From Chloroflexota bacterium (lineage in GTDB: Bacteria > Chloroflexota > UBA11872 > VXNJ01): a DNA stretch of 64,000 bases. Below, in pieces: positions 10,554 to 20,028 of this stretch. The position numbers were made by a program, and so were the translations under genes. The DNA is taken from NCBI GenBank assembly GCA_965261345.1, contig OZ253449.1, positions 736,001 to 800,000 of the forward strand, given 5' to 3'. Numbering within the stretch: the first letter of the stretch is position 1; every line of letters begins with the position of its first letter. The notes beneath the pieces are model-generated. The model searched no databases, was not told the origin of the DNA, and saw nothing but the letters and a program-made list of their open reading frames with translations.

Positions 10554-13500
10554 AGGACCCCAGCCTCAAGAAGGTTCTAATCATCGGATCCGGTCCAATC
10601 GTGATCGGACAGGCGGCCGAATTTGACTACGCTGGGACCCAGGCGTGCAAGGCGGTCCGCGAAGAGGGCATCACCACCGTATTGATCAATTCCAATCCGG
10701 CCACGATCATGACCGACGACAACATCGCCGACGCGGTTTACATCGAACCGCTGACCGTTGATGTGGTGGAGCGGATAATCGCCCGCGAGCGCCCCGACGG
10801 CCTCCTGCCCACCCTCGGCGGTCAGACCGGTCTGAATCTGGCCCGTGAGGTCGAGGCGGCCGGGATCCTGGAACGCTACTCAGTCCGCATGCTCGGCACG
10901 TCAATCGTGGCAATCCAGAAGGCCGAGGACCGCGAGCTGTTCCGTCAGCTGATGATCGATATTGGCGAGCCGATTCCCGGATCAGATATCGCCCATTCCG
11001 TGGCCGAGGCTAATGTCGTGGCCGATCGGTTGGGCTTCCCAGTGATCGTGCGACCGGCCTACACCCTTGGCGGAACCGGTGGCGGGATCGCCCACTGCCA
11101 CGCTGAATTGCCGCCGTTGGCCGCCAAGGGGATTGCTGCCTCGCCGATCGGCCAGGTCCTGGTCGAGGAGTATCTCTCTGGTTGGAAGGAAATCGAGTAC
11201 GAGGTCATGCGCGACGGGGCCGGCAACTGCGTGACGATCTGCAACATGGAAAACTTCGACCCGATGGGGGTCCACACCGGGGATTCGATCGTTTTTGCCC
11301 CCAGCCAGACCCTTTCCGACAAGGAATACCAGCTGCTGCGCAGCGCCTCGCTCAAGATCATCGACACCCTGCAAATTGCTGGCGGCTGCAATATCCAATT
11401 GGCACTGGACCCGCACTCATTTCAATACCGGGTAATCGAGGTGAACCCCAGGGTTAGCCGGTCCTCAGCTTTGGCATCGAAGGCTACCGGCTATCCGATC
11501 GCGCGCATCGCCGCCAAGATCGCGATCGGATTCAGGCTTGATGAATTGACCAATCCGATCACCGGTGAAACCGCGGCGGCATTCGAGCCAGCGCTCGATT
11601 ACGTCGTGGTCAAGATCCCGCGCTGGCCGTTCGACAAATTTCCGGCCGCCGACCGCTCCTTGGGCACCCAGATGAAGGCTACCGGCGAGGTGATGGCGAT
11701 CGAGCGCAGCATCGAAGCGGCGATTAACAAGGCCATGCGCTCGCTGGAGATTACCGGGCGGTCTGTGATTTGGGAAGATGCCGCCTGGAATGACCCGGAC
11801 GAACTGCGCAACGCCCTGTCCTGGCCGAACGACCAGCGGCTCTGGGCGATCCTGGCCGCACTGCGACGGGGCACGGGCGTGGACGAAGTATGTCAATTGA
11901 CGGCGATTGACCCTTTTTTCGTCGGCAAGCTGGCCAACATCGTGGCGATGGAGGTTCGCCTGCTTGAGGAACCGTTGGACGCCGAACTGCTCTGGGAAGC
12001 CAAGCGCCTCGGATTCCCCGATTCGTTAATCGGTCAACTGGCTGATTTCCTGCCGGCACGAGTAAGGCAACTGCGCAAGGAGCTCGGAATCCTGCCTGTG
12101 TACAAGGTCGTTGACACGTGCGCGGCCGAGTTCGCCGCCGCCACCCCGTATTTCTATTCGACCTACGAGAGCGAGAGCGAGACCGACCGACTGGGCGGGC
12201 CAGCCGCCCTGGTCATAGGTTCGGGGCCGATCCGGATCGGTCAAGGCATCGAATTTGATTACTGCTCGGTGCACGCGGCCTGGGCGTTGCAGCAGAGCGG
12301 CTGGCGGTCGGTAATGATCAACAGCAATCCCGAGACCGTCAGCACCGACTTCGACACCTCCGACCGACTGTACTTCGAGGCCCTTGACGTCGAGTCGGTA
12401 GCCGATGTGATCGATAACGAAACCGATCCGGACGACCCGCGGGTATTAGTCCAGTTTGGAGGCCAAACAGCCATCAACCTGGCCGACCCGCTCTATCGAA
12501 TGGGGGTTACCCTGGGCGGCTCCGACGTGGCCAGCATCGATGCTTCGGAGGACCGTGAAAAACTCGACCGACTGCTAGAGGAACTGGGTATTCCACGGCC
12601 GCCGGGGGCGACCGTGCGGCGGATCAATGACGCCCTGGCGGTCGCCGAGCGGATCGGTTATCCGGTCCTGATCCGGCCATCCTACGTGCTCGGCGGGCGG
12701 GCCATGGAGATCGCATCCGATCCGGCCGGGCTCGAACGCTATATCTCGACGGTGACCCAGCCCTCGCCCGAACACCCGGTCCTAATTGACAAATACCTGC
12801 GGGGCCGTGAAGTGGAAGTTGACGCAATTTGCGACGGCCACGGCGTCCTCATCCCCGGGATCATGGAGCACATCGAACGGGCTGGCGTGCATTCTGGCGA
12901 CAGCTTTGCCGTTTACCCCACCCGCAGCGTGCCGACCGAGCTGATCGAAACACTCTGTCGTTACACCGATTCAATCGCCCGGGCGGTACGGGCGATCGGA
13001 CTGCTAAACATCCAATACGTGATCTGGGAAGACCAGATCTACGTGATCGAAGTCAATCCGCGAGCCAGCCGCACCGTTCCCTTCCTATCAAAGGTCACCG
13101 GGATTCCGATGGTCGAATTGGCCACCAAGGCAATGCTTGGGCAGACCCTGCCGATGCAGGGCAGGGAATATGGCCTGCACCCTACTGGGGATTTGGTGGC
13201 GGTCAAGGCACCGGTTTTTTCGCACGCCAAACTAACCGGCGTTGATACGTTTCTGGGCCCCGAAATGAAATCAACTGGCGAGGTGATGGGGGTTGAATTT
13301 GAATTTGCCCCGGCGCTTAGCAAGGCCATGCTGGCCGCCGGTCTGGGGATTCCTGACCGCGGTTCGGTAATCATGTCAATAGCCGACCGCGACAAACCCG
13401 ACTGCCTGCCGATCGCAACCGGACTGCATCAGCGCGGCTACGACCTGATGGCCACGCGCGGCACCGCCGATTACCTTGCCGCAGCCGGACTTCCGGTCAC

Positions 13501-13771
13501 CACTATAAACCGGATGAGCGAGGTCGCCGCCGGCCAAATGAGTTTGCTCGACCACGTGATGAATCCCGGGACCGTACTGGTTATCAATACCCTGACCTGG
13601 GACCGCCCGACTTTGGAGGACGGGTTTCGAATGCGTCGTTTGGCCAATGAACGCATGGTTCCATGCCTTACTTCGCTGGAAACCGCCGCCGCTCTGGTCA
13701 GCGCCCTGGGATCGGCTGGAGAAGAACTGATCCTGCCGATCGACTGCTATCGCCGCGGCCGGCGTCGTTGA
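10550..13771 (+). CDS. carB: Carbamoyl-phosphate synthase large subunit
   Basis: [17 protein letters not shown], duplicated ATP-grasp halves, [13 protein letters not shown]-terminal MGS domain. Confidence 0.98.
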   Translation: MKDPSLKKVLIIGSGPIVIGQAAEFDYAGTQACKAVREEGITTVLINSNPATIMTDDNIADAVYIEPLTVDVVERIIARERPDGLLPTLGGQTGLNLAREVEAAGILERYSVRMLGTSIVAIQKAEDRELFRQLMIDIGEPIPGSDIAHSVAEANVVADRLGFPVIVRPAYTLGGTGGGIAHCHAELPPLAAKGIAASPIGQVLVEEYLSGWKEIEYEVMRDGAGNCVTICNMENFDPMGVHTGDSIVFAPSQTLSDKEYQLLRSASLKIIDTLQIAGGCNIQLALDPHSFQYRVIEVNPRVSRSSALASKATGYPIARIAAKIAIGFRLDELTNPITGETAAAFEPALDYVVVKIPRWPFDKFPAADRSLGTQMKATGEVMAIERSIEAAINKAMRSLEITGRSVIWEDAAWNDPDELRNALSWPNDQRLWAILAALRRGTGVDEVCQLTAIDPFFVGKLANIVAMEVRLLEEPLDAELLWEAKRLGFPDSLIGQLADFLPARVRQLRKELGILPVYKVVDTCAAEFAAATPYFYSTYESESETDRLGGPAALVIGSGPIRIGQGIEFDYCSVHAAWALQQSGWRSVMINSNPETVSTDFDTSDRLYFEALDVESVADVIDNETDPDDPRVLVQFGGQTAINLADPLYRMGVTLGGSDVASIDASEDREKLDRLLEELGIPRPPGATVRRINDALAVAERIGYPVLIRPSYVLGGRAMEIASDPAGLERYISTVTQPSPEHPVLIDKYLRGREVEVDAICDGHGVLIPGIMEHIERAGVHSGDSFAVYPTRSVPTELIETLCRYTDSIARAVRAIGLLNIQYVIWEDQIYVIEVNPRASRTVPFLSKVTGIPMVELATKAMLGQTLPMQGREYGLHPTGDLVAVKAPVFSHAKLTGVDTFLGPEMKSTGEVMGVEFEFAPALSKAMLAAGLGIPDRGSVIMSIADRDKPDCLPIATGLHQRGYDLMATRGTADYLAAAGLPVTTINRMSEVAAGQMSLLDHVMNPGTVLVINTLTWDRPTLEDGFRMRRLANERMVPCLTSLETAAALVSALGSAGEELILPIDCYRRGRRR

Positions 13772-14571
13772 TGGGTGCTCCGCCGATTTTTGACATCTGC
13801 GCGGTTGTTGCCAACCGTCAGCTATCGGCAACGTTGTGGTGGATCAGCCTGGCGGCGCCGCAGATCGCCGACCAGGCAATACCCGGTCAATTCGTCCACA
13901 TCGCGGGTAGCCCCTTCGACCCATTGCTGCGTCGCCCCTATAGCATTGCCCGGATCGATCACGGCGAGGCCGTGATCGAAATCCTCTATCACGTGGTCGG
14001 GCGCGGATCGGGTTGGCTGGCCGAGCTGGGTCCGGGTGCGACCGTGGACACCCTGGGGCCGCTAGGATCCGGTTTTACGGTGGTTGAACGGGAACATTTG
14101 CTACTAATCGGTGGTGGCATCGGACTCGGCCCGCTGATCGCCCTGGCCCATCAGCATCGCGCCGCTCCGGTCGTGGTGCTAAATGGCGCTCGCAGCAGCG
14201 ACGGGCTCACTCCGTCGGGTTATCTGCCCGAGCGGGCCGAAGTCTTCTACGCTACCGATGACGGTTCGCAGGGAATTTGCGGCAGCGTCGTAGACCTCAT
14301 GCCCGACTGGTACCACTGGGCCGATGCGATTTATGCGTGCGGGCCCAACCCGATGCTACGGGCTTGCGCCCAATCAATCGCCGCGTTTGACCCGGCGCCG
14401 GCCCGTCACCGCAAGCGGACCCAATTTGCCCTGGAGGCGCGGATGGCCTGTGGATTGGGAATCTGCTACAGCTGCGTCGTGACCACGACGCGCGGGCTCC
14501 AGCGGGTCTGCAGCGAGGGACCAGTATTTGACGCCCGCGAATTGACCTGGCAATGGGAATCAGGGATCTAG
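13771..14571 (+). CDS. pyrK: Dihydroorotate dehydrogenase B electron transfer subunit
   Basis: PGQFVH, LLRRPYS, GGGIG, ACGPNPM, MACGLGICYSC...VCSEGPVF. ATG overlaps the carB stop (TGATG). Confidence 0.92.
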   Translation: MGAPPIFDICAVVANRQLSATLWWISLAAPQIADQAIPGQFVHIAGSPFDPLLRRPYSIARIDHGEAVIEILYHVVGRGSGWLAELGPGATVDTLGPLGSGFTVVEREHLLLIGGGIGLGPLIALAHQHRAAPVVVLNGARSSDGLTPSGYLPERAEVFYATDDGSQGICGSVVDLMPDWYHWADAIYACGPNPMLRACAQSIAAFDPAPARHRKRTQFALEARMACGLGICYSCVVTTTRGLQRVCSEGPVFDARELTWQWESGI

Positions 14572-14654
14572 GTTGGTGCCCACCACGGCAAGCTCACGAT
14601 CCGTTATTTTGACCACCGCCCGGATAGGGGAGTCCAATCGGAAAGCTTGACCGA

Positions 14655-16751
14655 TCAGATGGTGCCGACGCCAACCTGGGCTGATTGGGCTGGTGCTCCC
14701 GGGGGATTCTCGGCTCCGTTGGGAATCGCAAAGGCCACGACTGCCAGGCACCCGCCAGAGCTGCGCAATGAAAACGTGCCACCCAGATCGGACTCGACCA
14801 ATTGCTGAACGATCGTAAGGCCCAGCCCCGAATCGCGTCCAAGTTCAAATCCCGGCGGCAGACCCCGACCGTTGTCCTTTACCTGTGTCCGCACCAGGGA
14901 TCCAGTCAATCCGATGTCAACTTGGATGTGTCCACCAATCCGCTGGTCAAAGCCGTGGCCCATCGCATTCCAGATCAACTCGTTAACAACTAGCGCAAAC
15001 ACCGTGGCCCGATCCTCGCCGATCTCGACCCGGTCCCCGGCGACGCTAATGTCAACCGTCATGCCGGCGGCGGCGGCATCCGAACTGGCAATCTCGGCCA
15101 TCTTGTTTACGATCTCGATCGCGGTGGGTGAATCCCGCTCGGGCGAGGAGAGCAGGTCGTGTACTGCGGCCATGCCGGCAATGCGTCCCGCCGACAAAGC
15201 CAGAACCTGTGAAGCCTCCGGCGAATGAGCCCGGCGGGACTGGAGATTTAGCAGCGAGGCGACCGTCTGCAGATTGTTTTTTACCCGGTGATGGAGTTCC
15301 CTTAGCAGTAGTTCATTGCGTCGCAGGCCCCGCAGCGACTGCTCGTAGAGCCGGGCGTTGGCGATTGCTATGGCGGCCTGGTCGGCGAAGCTGGCAATGA
15401 TTCGCAGTTCGTCCTCGACGAAATTCCCCACCTTGAGGGAATAGACGCTAATGACGCCGATCACCTCGCCACGGAACATCAACGGTACGCAGATCATCGA
15501 GCGATAACCTTCGGCCCGGATCAGTTCACGCGATACCCAGAAGCGTTTATCAACGAGTGCATCACTGACGATGATCGGTTGGCGCGAGGCCGCAACCCGG
15601 CCGGCCACGCCCTCGCCTGCTTTCATTTTGAGCATCCGGTAATTTGCGCTCAACCGGTGGGCGGCCACGATCGACAGGGTCGCATTTGTACCGTCAAACT
15701 GAAAAATCGCCGCTTTTTCGGCATTAAGGATCGTCGTCGCCTGCTGGGCGATCGTGGCCAGCACCTCGGTGTATTCGAGGCGCGAGGTCAGGTTTTGCGA
15801 TATCTGCTGGAGGGTGGTTAGTTCATCATTGCGCCGGCGCAGTTGGGCATCGGTCTGTTGGTGCAATATCGCGTTCCAGAGCGCGGTAGCTAGCTGCTCG
15901 GCGGCGGTCTCGATGAATTCGATCTCGCCCCGGTGGAAATCGCGATATTGGAGTGACCGGACGGTAAGCACGCCGAGCAGGCGGCCTGGGTTGGCCAAGG
16001 TGATCGGGACCGCCAACATGCTGCGGAAGCGCCCTTCATCCAGGGCCGGCAGAACCTTGAAGCGGGGATCGGCCCAGGCATCCCGGACCGCGATCGGCTG
16101 TCCGCGCTCGGCCGCCGCGCCGGAAATCCCTTCGCCGAGCTGCAGGCCGACCTTTCCGACCTGGTCGGAGTTCAAGCCGGTTGTGGATCGCAGGATCAAC
16201 CGATTGGTGGTTTCGTCGAGCACCCAAATCGAACACTCGTCGATCCCCATTACACCGAACACCGCCTCGGCCGTAAAGTCGCAGGTTTCCATTACGTCGA
16301 GCGACGAGTTTGCCGCCTTCGCAATCCGTCGAAGCGCCTCAAGGCTGCCCAACGCCGGACTGGCATCGCGGACCGGCAGCTCGTTAAATTCGGTGGATCC
16401 GTCTTCGTAACCGGCCGCCAGGGCGCCCAGGACTTCGGTCTGCAGACGCGAAAAACGGCGAATCCGTTCGGCCTGGGCAGACTGTCGGTTGGGCGGCAGT
16501 AATAGCTGGGGTAGGGCCGAATTGAGCCGTTCGGCAGCCAATCGCAACGCCATGACCAGTGATCGCCCGTCGCGGTGGTCGCCCGACGCGCATTCTCGCA
16601 GCATTACATACAGTTCATTTAGGTCGGCGTAGTGCATGCTCAGCTGCAGCATTTCCAACCCGTTCCAGGGGCGCGGCGTACCTTCGCGGTCAGTTATCCA
16701 TTGACATATGCGTTCGAGCGCGCCTCGCGCGGGTAGTTGAGCCCCGTTCAT
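14655..16751 (-). CDS. Cytoplasmic sensor histidine kinase: N-terminal helical domain, two GAF domains, HisKA_2 and HATPase
   Basis: Two GAF repeats (GEGISG..DPRF..SMLAVP; GEGVAG..DKRF..SMICVP), H-box ELHHRVKNNLQ, NELIWNA, DNGRG, GLGL. No transmembrane segments seen. Confidence 0.9.
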   Translation of the reverse strand: MNGAQLPARGALERICQWITDREGTPRPWNGLEMLQLSMHYADLNELYVMLRECASGDHRDGRSLVMALRLAAERLNSALPQLLLPPNRQSAQAERIRRFSRLQTEVLGALAAGYEDGSTEFNELPVRDASPALGSLEALRRIAKAANSSLDVMETCDFTAEAVFGVMGIDECSIWVLDETTNRLILRSTTGLNSDQVGKVGLQLGEGISGAAAERGQPIAVRDAWADPRFKVLPALDEGRFRSMLAVPITLANPGRLLGVLTVRSLQYRDFHRGEIEFIETAAEQLATALWNAILHQQTDAQLRRRNDELTTLQQISQNLTSRLEYTEVLATIAQQATTILNAEKAAIFQFDGTNATLSIVAAHRLSANYRMLKMKAGEGVAGRVAASRQPIIVSDALVDKRFWVSRELIRAEGYRSMICVPLMFRGEVIGVISVYSLKVGNFVEDELRIIASFADQAAIAIANARLYEQSLRGLRRNELLLRELHHRVKNNLQTVASLLNLQSRRAHSPEASQVLALSAGRIAGMAAVHDLLSSPERDSPTAIEIVNKMAEIASSDAAAAGMTVDISVAGDRVEIGEDRATVFALVVNELIWNAMGHGFDQRIGGHIQVDIGLTGSLVRTQVKDNGRGLPPGFELGRDSGLGLTIVQQLVESDLGGTFSLRSSGGCLAVVAFAIPNGAENPPGAPAQSAQVGVGTI

Positions 16752-16846
16752 TTACCACTCTGTCCTGGCGGCCCGGAAGTCGGGCACCCGATCACTTGCG
16801 GATTGTTGCCAATTTTCACCCCACCCCGGAACCGGGCGGCGCTTAT

Positions 16847-18118
16847 TTAACGTCTACGGCTTCGTCGCCTGATGAAAGCCGGAATTTCGGGATCGGAATC
16901 GTGCCAGTCGACAACTTCGTCAAAGGCCGATCCGGTCCGCCGACCGGCAACTACTGGATCGGCATCACGCTCAATCTCGGCGCTCAGTTTTTCAAATTGG
17001 CCATGAATCTCATTCAACCGCGAGGGGGTCGCCGACCGTTCGGTCCGATAGGTGCCAGCCGAATCCACGGGAAGCTCCCGCGCCCGATCAGAACCGGTCG
17101 CAATCAGAGTGATTGATAGCCAATCACGGGCGTCGGGGTCAATTGAGGTGCCAAACACTATGTGGGCGTCGGGATCCGACATCTTGCGCACCGAATCGAC
17201 AATGCGGTTGACCTCGTGGATGCTCAGATCCTGGCCGGCGGTGATGTTGATTAGGATGCCGGTTGAGTTTTCGACTGGAGTCTCCAGCAACGGGCTGTCA
17301 AGCGCCATCGCCAAGGCCTTTTCGGCGCGATCGGGACCGGCCCCCGAACCAATTCCGAGCATAGCGGTCCCAGAGTTGTACATCACCTTGCGAACATCGG
17401 CAAAGTCGACGTTGATGAAACCGCAGTTGGTAATGAGGTCGGTGATTCCGCGAATCCCGTTGAGGAGCATCGAATCGGCTACTCGCAGGGCCTCCGCCAT
17501 CGAGGTTGAACGATGTACCAACTCGATCAATTTATCGTTGTTGATAACGACGATCGCATCTACGTTCTGGTACATGCTCTCAATCGCGGACCGAGCGATT
17601 TTCATCCGGTATCCGCCCTCGAAGGCAAAGGGGGTCGTGACCACGGCCACCGTAAGCGCGCCCGCCGCGCGGGCCGCGCGGGCCACGATCGGACCGGCCC
17701 CCGAGCCGGTCCCGCCGCCCATCCCGGCGGTCACAAAGACCATATCGGCGTCGGCAACGGCAGCCTCGATCGCCGGCAAGGATTCGATCGCAGCCTTCTC
17801 ACCCAGGCGCGGATCGGCGCCGGCACCCAGCATCTTGGTGGAGCGCTCGCCGATGACGATTCGGTCCCCGGCCCGCGATTGCTCCAGGTCCTGCGCGTCG
17901 CAATTGACCGCGATGAAGTTAACCCCGCTGACGCCCTCGGCGATCATTCGATCCAGGGCGTTGTTGCCGGCCCCGCCAACTCCAAAGATTTTGATGTCGT
18001 GGACCGCGCTGGACCGCATATTGGGGTTGGCCCCAATTACCGCCGCCACCACATTGGAGTTGCGACTCCGATCGTCTAGGCGGCTTGGGTTGAACGGCGC
18101 ACCGGGTCGGTCAGACAC
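16847..18118 (-). CDS. ftsZ: Cell division GTPase FtsZ (alternative ATG start at 18019)
   Basis: GVGGAGNNA, tubulin signature GMGGGTGSG, PFAFEG, T7 loop INVDFAD, C-terminal core peptide EIPAFIRR. Confidence 0.96.
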   Translation of the reverse strand: MSDRPGAPFNPSRLDDRSRNSNVVAAVIGANPNMRSSAVHDIKIFGVGGAGNNALDRMIAEGVSGVNFIAVNCDAQDLEQSRAGDRIVIGERSTKMLGAGADPRLGEKAAIESLPAIEAAVADADMVFVTAGMGGGTGSGAGPIVARAARAAGALTVAVVTTPFAFEGGYRMKIARSAIESMYQNVDAIVVINNDKLIELVHRSTSMAEALRVADSMLLNGIRGITDLITNCGFINVDFADVRKVMYNSGTAMLGIGSGAGPDRAEKALAMALDSPLLETPVENSTGILINITAGQDLSIHEVNRIVDSVRKMSDPDAHIVFGTSIDPDARDWLSITLIATGSDRARELPVDSAGTYRTERSATPSRLNEIHGQFEKLSAEIERDADPVVAGRRTGSAFDEVVDWHDSDPEIPAFIRRRSRRR

Positions 18119-18893
18119 GAGCAGCTACTTCCTTGGCTAACTTTTCGTATGACCCGATCGCCATATTTAGGCCCCGGGACGACGATTTTGATTTCTTGTA
18201 CGCATAGAGCGATACCCCTTGGCTGGACGCCTCGAGGATTTTGCTGTTGGTCGGAATGTAAGCCGAAAAAGCGGTATCACCCCATTCGTCACGGATATAT
18301 TTGGCCACCGACTTCTCCTCCCGGAGCCGCCGATCCAGTTTGGAGAGCAATATCCCCAAAATTCGCAGATTGGGGTTGATGTAGAGGACCTCATTGATGC
18401 TCTCCTTGAGCATATCCAAGCCCTGCAGTGAGAAGAATCGGGCCTCGGTCGGGACCACCACGTATTGGGCCGCAACCAGCGAATTAATCGTTAACAAGCC
18501 GAGCGACGGCGGGGTGTCAATGAGGATGAAATCGTAGTGTTCCTCAACGGTTTTGAGCAGATCGCGCAGCCGCATTTCACGCCCGATCTTGTTGGCCAGG
18601 GCGGTCTCGACCACCGACATGTCGTTGCTGGCCGGGCAAATGTCGATTTCCGAACCGGTCGCGTCGCTGACGCGGAGGACCGGGGCCGGGCGGCCACGAT
18701 CGACCAGGGCCCGCGTAAGCGAATCGACGAGCCCGCGCTCAAGTCCGAAAGCCGCGGTAAGATTCGCCTGCGGATCCATGTCGACTAGCAGCACTCGCTT
18801 GCCATCGCGAGCCATCGCCGCGCCCAAATTCGCGGTGGTCGTAGTCTTTCCGACGCCGCCTTTTTGATTGGCGACGGCGATCTTTACCGCCAA
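18111..18893 (-). CDS. parA: Orphan ParA/Soj-family ATPase
   Basis: Deviant Walker A NQKGGVGKTT, VDMDPQANLT, IDTPPSLG. TTG start at 18893 chosen because GGAG lies upstream; the ORF is open to 18923. Confidence 0.9.
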   Translation of the reverse strand: MAVKIAVANQKGGVGKTTTTANLGAAMARDGKRVLLVDMDPQANLTAAFGLERGLVDSLTRALVDRGRPAPVLRVSDATGSEIDICPASNDMSVVETALANKIGREMRLRDLLKTVEEHYDFILIDTPPSLGLLTINSLVAAQYVVVPTEARFFSLQGLDMLKESINEVLYINPNLRILGILLSKLDRRLREEKSVAKYIRDEWGDTAFSAYIPTNSKILEASSQGVSLYAYKKSKSSSRGLNMAIGSYEKLAKEVAARV

Positions 18894-19083
18894 CTGCAAA
18901 AAGCTCCGCTCGCCGCTTGCCAACGAACGGGCAGCAGCACGATTTTTTCGGCATTAAATGTTGAAATTATGTTATCACTACGAAGCGGTGCAAAGCGAAT
19001 TTGTAACAACATATGTAATACATTTTCGCGATTCGGCATTGCCGACGCCGAATGGTCGGTCAGCCTCGGGGACGTAATACTCC

Positions 19084-20028
19084 ATGACTAAGTTTGCGAC
19101 CAGCCTGCAAACCCGAATTTGCGGTGGCGATCGCCCGCTTACGATAGGCAACCCGGCTTTGACGGCGTCGGGGACCGCCGGTTTTTCCAACGAACTGGCC
19201 AACGTTACCGACCTGGGCCAACTTGGCGCATTCGTGGCCAAAACGGCAACCCTGCGGCCCCGCACCGGGAACCCGACTCCACGCACGGTCGAGACACCCT
19301 CCGGAATGCTCAATTCGATCGGGCTCCCCAACCCGGGATTGGCCGAGCTGATCCGGCGTCAGGAATCGAAATGGCAGAACCTGGGTTCCCCGGTGATCAT
19401 CAGCATCGCCGGTTACCAGCTTGAGGAATTCGCGCAGATGGCGCAAATGCTCGAGGGCGTGGGCGGCGTACAGGCGATCGAAGCCAACTTTTCCTGTCCC
19501 AACGTGGCCAGCGGGCTCGAGTTCGCCTCCGACCCGGGGCTCATCCACGGCGCCATATGCACGATCCGCGACCATTCGTCGCTACCGCTGTTGGCTAAGC
19601 TCTCGCCCAACATTGCCGACATGCGCCCAATTGCAGTCGCCGCCCAGCGGGCCGGGGCCAATGGTCTGACCATAATGAACACCCTGCTGGGGTTAAAGAT
19701 AGACCTGCGCACCCAAAAACCGCTTCTGGGCGGCGGGTTCGGCGGGCTCTCGGGGCCAGCGGTAAGGCCATTGGGGGTGCGTTTCGTATTCCAAGTGTAT
19801 CCCGAAGTAGACATCCCGATAGTTGGCGCCGGCGGGATAAGTGGTCCCGAAGACGCCCTTGAATACATCATGGCCGGGGCGGCCGCATTTCAACTGGGAA
19901 CGATCAATTTCGTCAACTCCGATCGGGCCGGCGAAATCCTTCGCGCCATCGACGCTTACTGCCTGGAATCCCAGGTCAATCCACTCGCCGACCTAATCGG
20001 AGTTGCCCATATCCAGCACCCGCCCTAG
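19084..20028 (+). CDS. pyrD: Dihydroorotate dehydrogenase family 1B catalytic subunit
   Basis: NPALTASGT, GMLNSIGLPNPG, NFSCPNV, KLSPN, GGLSGPAVRP. Confidence 0.95.
   Translation: MTKFATSLQTRICGGDRPLTIGNPALTASGTAGFSNELANVTDLGQLGAFVAKTATLRPRTGNPTPRTVETPSGMLNSIGLPNPGLAELIRRQESKWQNLGSPVIISIAGYQLEEFAQMAQMLEGVGGVQAIEANFSCPNVASGLEFASDPGLIHGAICTIRDHSSLPLLAKLSPNIADMRPIAVAAQRAGANGLTIMNTLLGLKIDLRTQKPLLGGGFGGLSGPAVRPLGVRFVFQVYPEVDIPIVGAGGISGPEDALEYIMAGAAAFQLGTINFVNSDRAGEILRAIDAYCLESQVNPLADLIGVAHIQHPP

Noticed and set aside
14573-14650. 25-codon ORF starting right after pyrK (LVPTTASSRSVILTTARIGESNRKA) as a remnant of the original pyrD 5' end
   Set aside because: Resemblance to PyrD N-termini is too weak, and I saw no DNA repeat shared with the 19084 junction.
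17052-18140. Long antisense ORFs (e.g. 17052-18140, 54853-56001, 4140-5024, 43200-43973)
   Set aside because: Shadow frames of well-supported genes, expected in GC-rich DNA.
14572-19083. parA-ftsZ block as a mobile element or plasmid TubZ-type partition cassette
   Set aside because: No integrase, transposase, terminal repeats or centromere-binding gene, and the FtsZ is canonical with its division C-terminal peptide rather than TubZ-like.
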